A stretch of 43,553 nucleotides of DNA from a virus: IMG/VR virus record IMGVR_UViG_3300045988_180307; one strand, 5' to 3'. The notes beneath the pieces were generated by a model. That model ran no database searches and was not told the DNA's origin. It saw only the letters and a program-made list of their open reading frames with translations. How positions within the stretch are numbered: the first letter of the stretch is position 1; each line of letters starts with the position of its first letter. Both the position numbers and the translations under genes were made by a program. Below are positions 43,540 to 43,553 of the stretch, in pieces.

Positions 43540-43553
43540 ACTTTTAAAACAGT
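43520..43553. repeat. 34-bp direct repeat, right copy (candidate attR core / terminal overlap)
   Basis: Identical to 1-34. Confidence 0.9.

Larger units (their letters stand above)
1..43553. mobile_element. Complete temperate phage / prophage (integrase, CI/Cro switch, replication, packaging, head, tail, lysis modules) bounded by 34-bp direct repeats
   Basis: Full set of phage modules. Identical 34-mers at both termini. The integrase lies next to the left repeat. No host-like genes are visible inside the window. Confidence 0.85.

Noticed and set aside
1-43553. Diversity-generating retroelement (reverse transcriptase plus TR/VR), as known from some Bacteroides phages, as an explanation for the fibre variability
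   Set aside because: No ORF has RT motifs (YxDD context). I found no template/variable repeat pair near the fibre C-termini. The only fibre-associated repeat is the N-terminal inverted repeat.
1-43553. Serine invertase (Gin/Hin/Cin), transposase, CRISPR array, tRNA or rRNA
   Set aside because: No ORF resembles a resolvase/invertase N-terminal catalytic domain or a transposase. There are no regularly spaced direct repeats. I saw no T-loop-like GGTTCGAATCC-type sequence in the intergenic regions. An eye scan can miss a tRNA, so tRNAscan-SE should confirm this.

Overview
This 43,553-bp window reads as one complete temperate, siphovirus-like phage or prophage of a Bacteroidales-type host. An exact 34-bp direct repeat sits at both extreme ends (1-34 = 43520-43553). 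The left end carries a tyrosine integrase (+) and two small genes. The right end carries a divergent CI-like/Cro-like HTH switch with two 20-bp palindromic operators. Almost everything else is on the minus strand, in this order: early and replication genes (LuxR-type regulator, small DNA methyltransferase, primase-helicase); a ~600-bp non-coding region full of TTGCAACC iterons; head genes (ClpP-like protease/scaffold, capsid); putative small and large terminase; an AT-rich accessory island (ArdC-N-like, truncated N6-methylase-like, degenerate exonuclease-BRCT, BRCT-like); portal-like and virion genes; tail fibres; a holin / GH108 endolysin / unimolecular-spanin-like lysis cassette; tape measure; and a distal tail protein. 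The most striking feature is a pair of convergent tail-fibre (receptor-binding) genes: a 922-aa protein with a beta-helix depolymerase-like C-terminus and a 734-aa protein with an SGNH-esterase C-terminus. They share their 5' UTR, RBS and first ~35 codons as a ~146-bp inverted repeat that brackets a 5.2-kb segment. This is the architecture of an invertible host-range switch (Mu G / P1 C logic), but the element has no serine invertase. I saw no rRNA, tRNA, CRISPR array, reverse transcriptase or transposase. Many virion ORFs have no family I can recognise by eye and are called only by position. All family assignments are motif recognition from memory, not searches.
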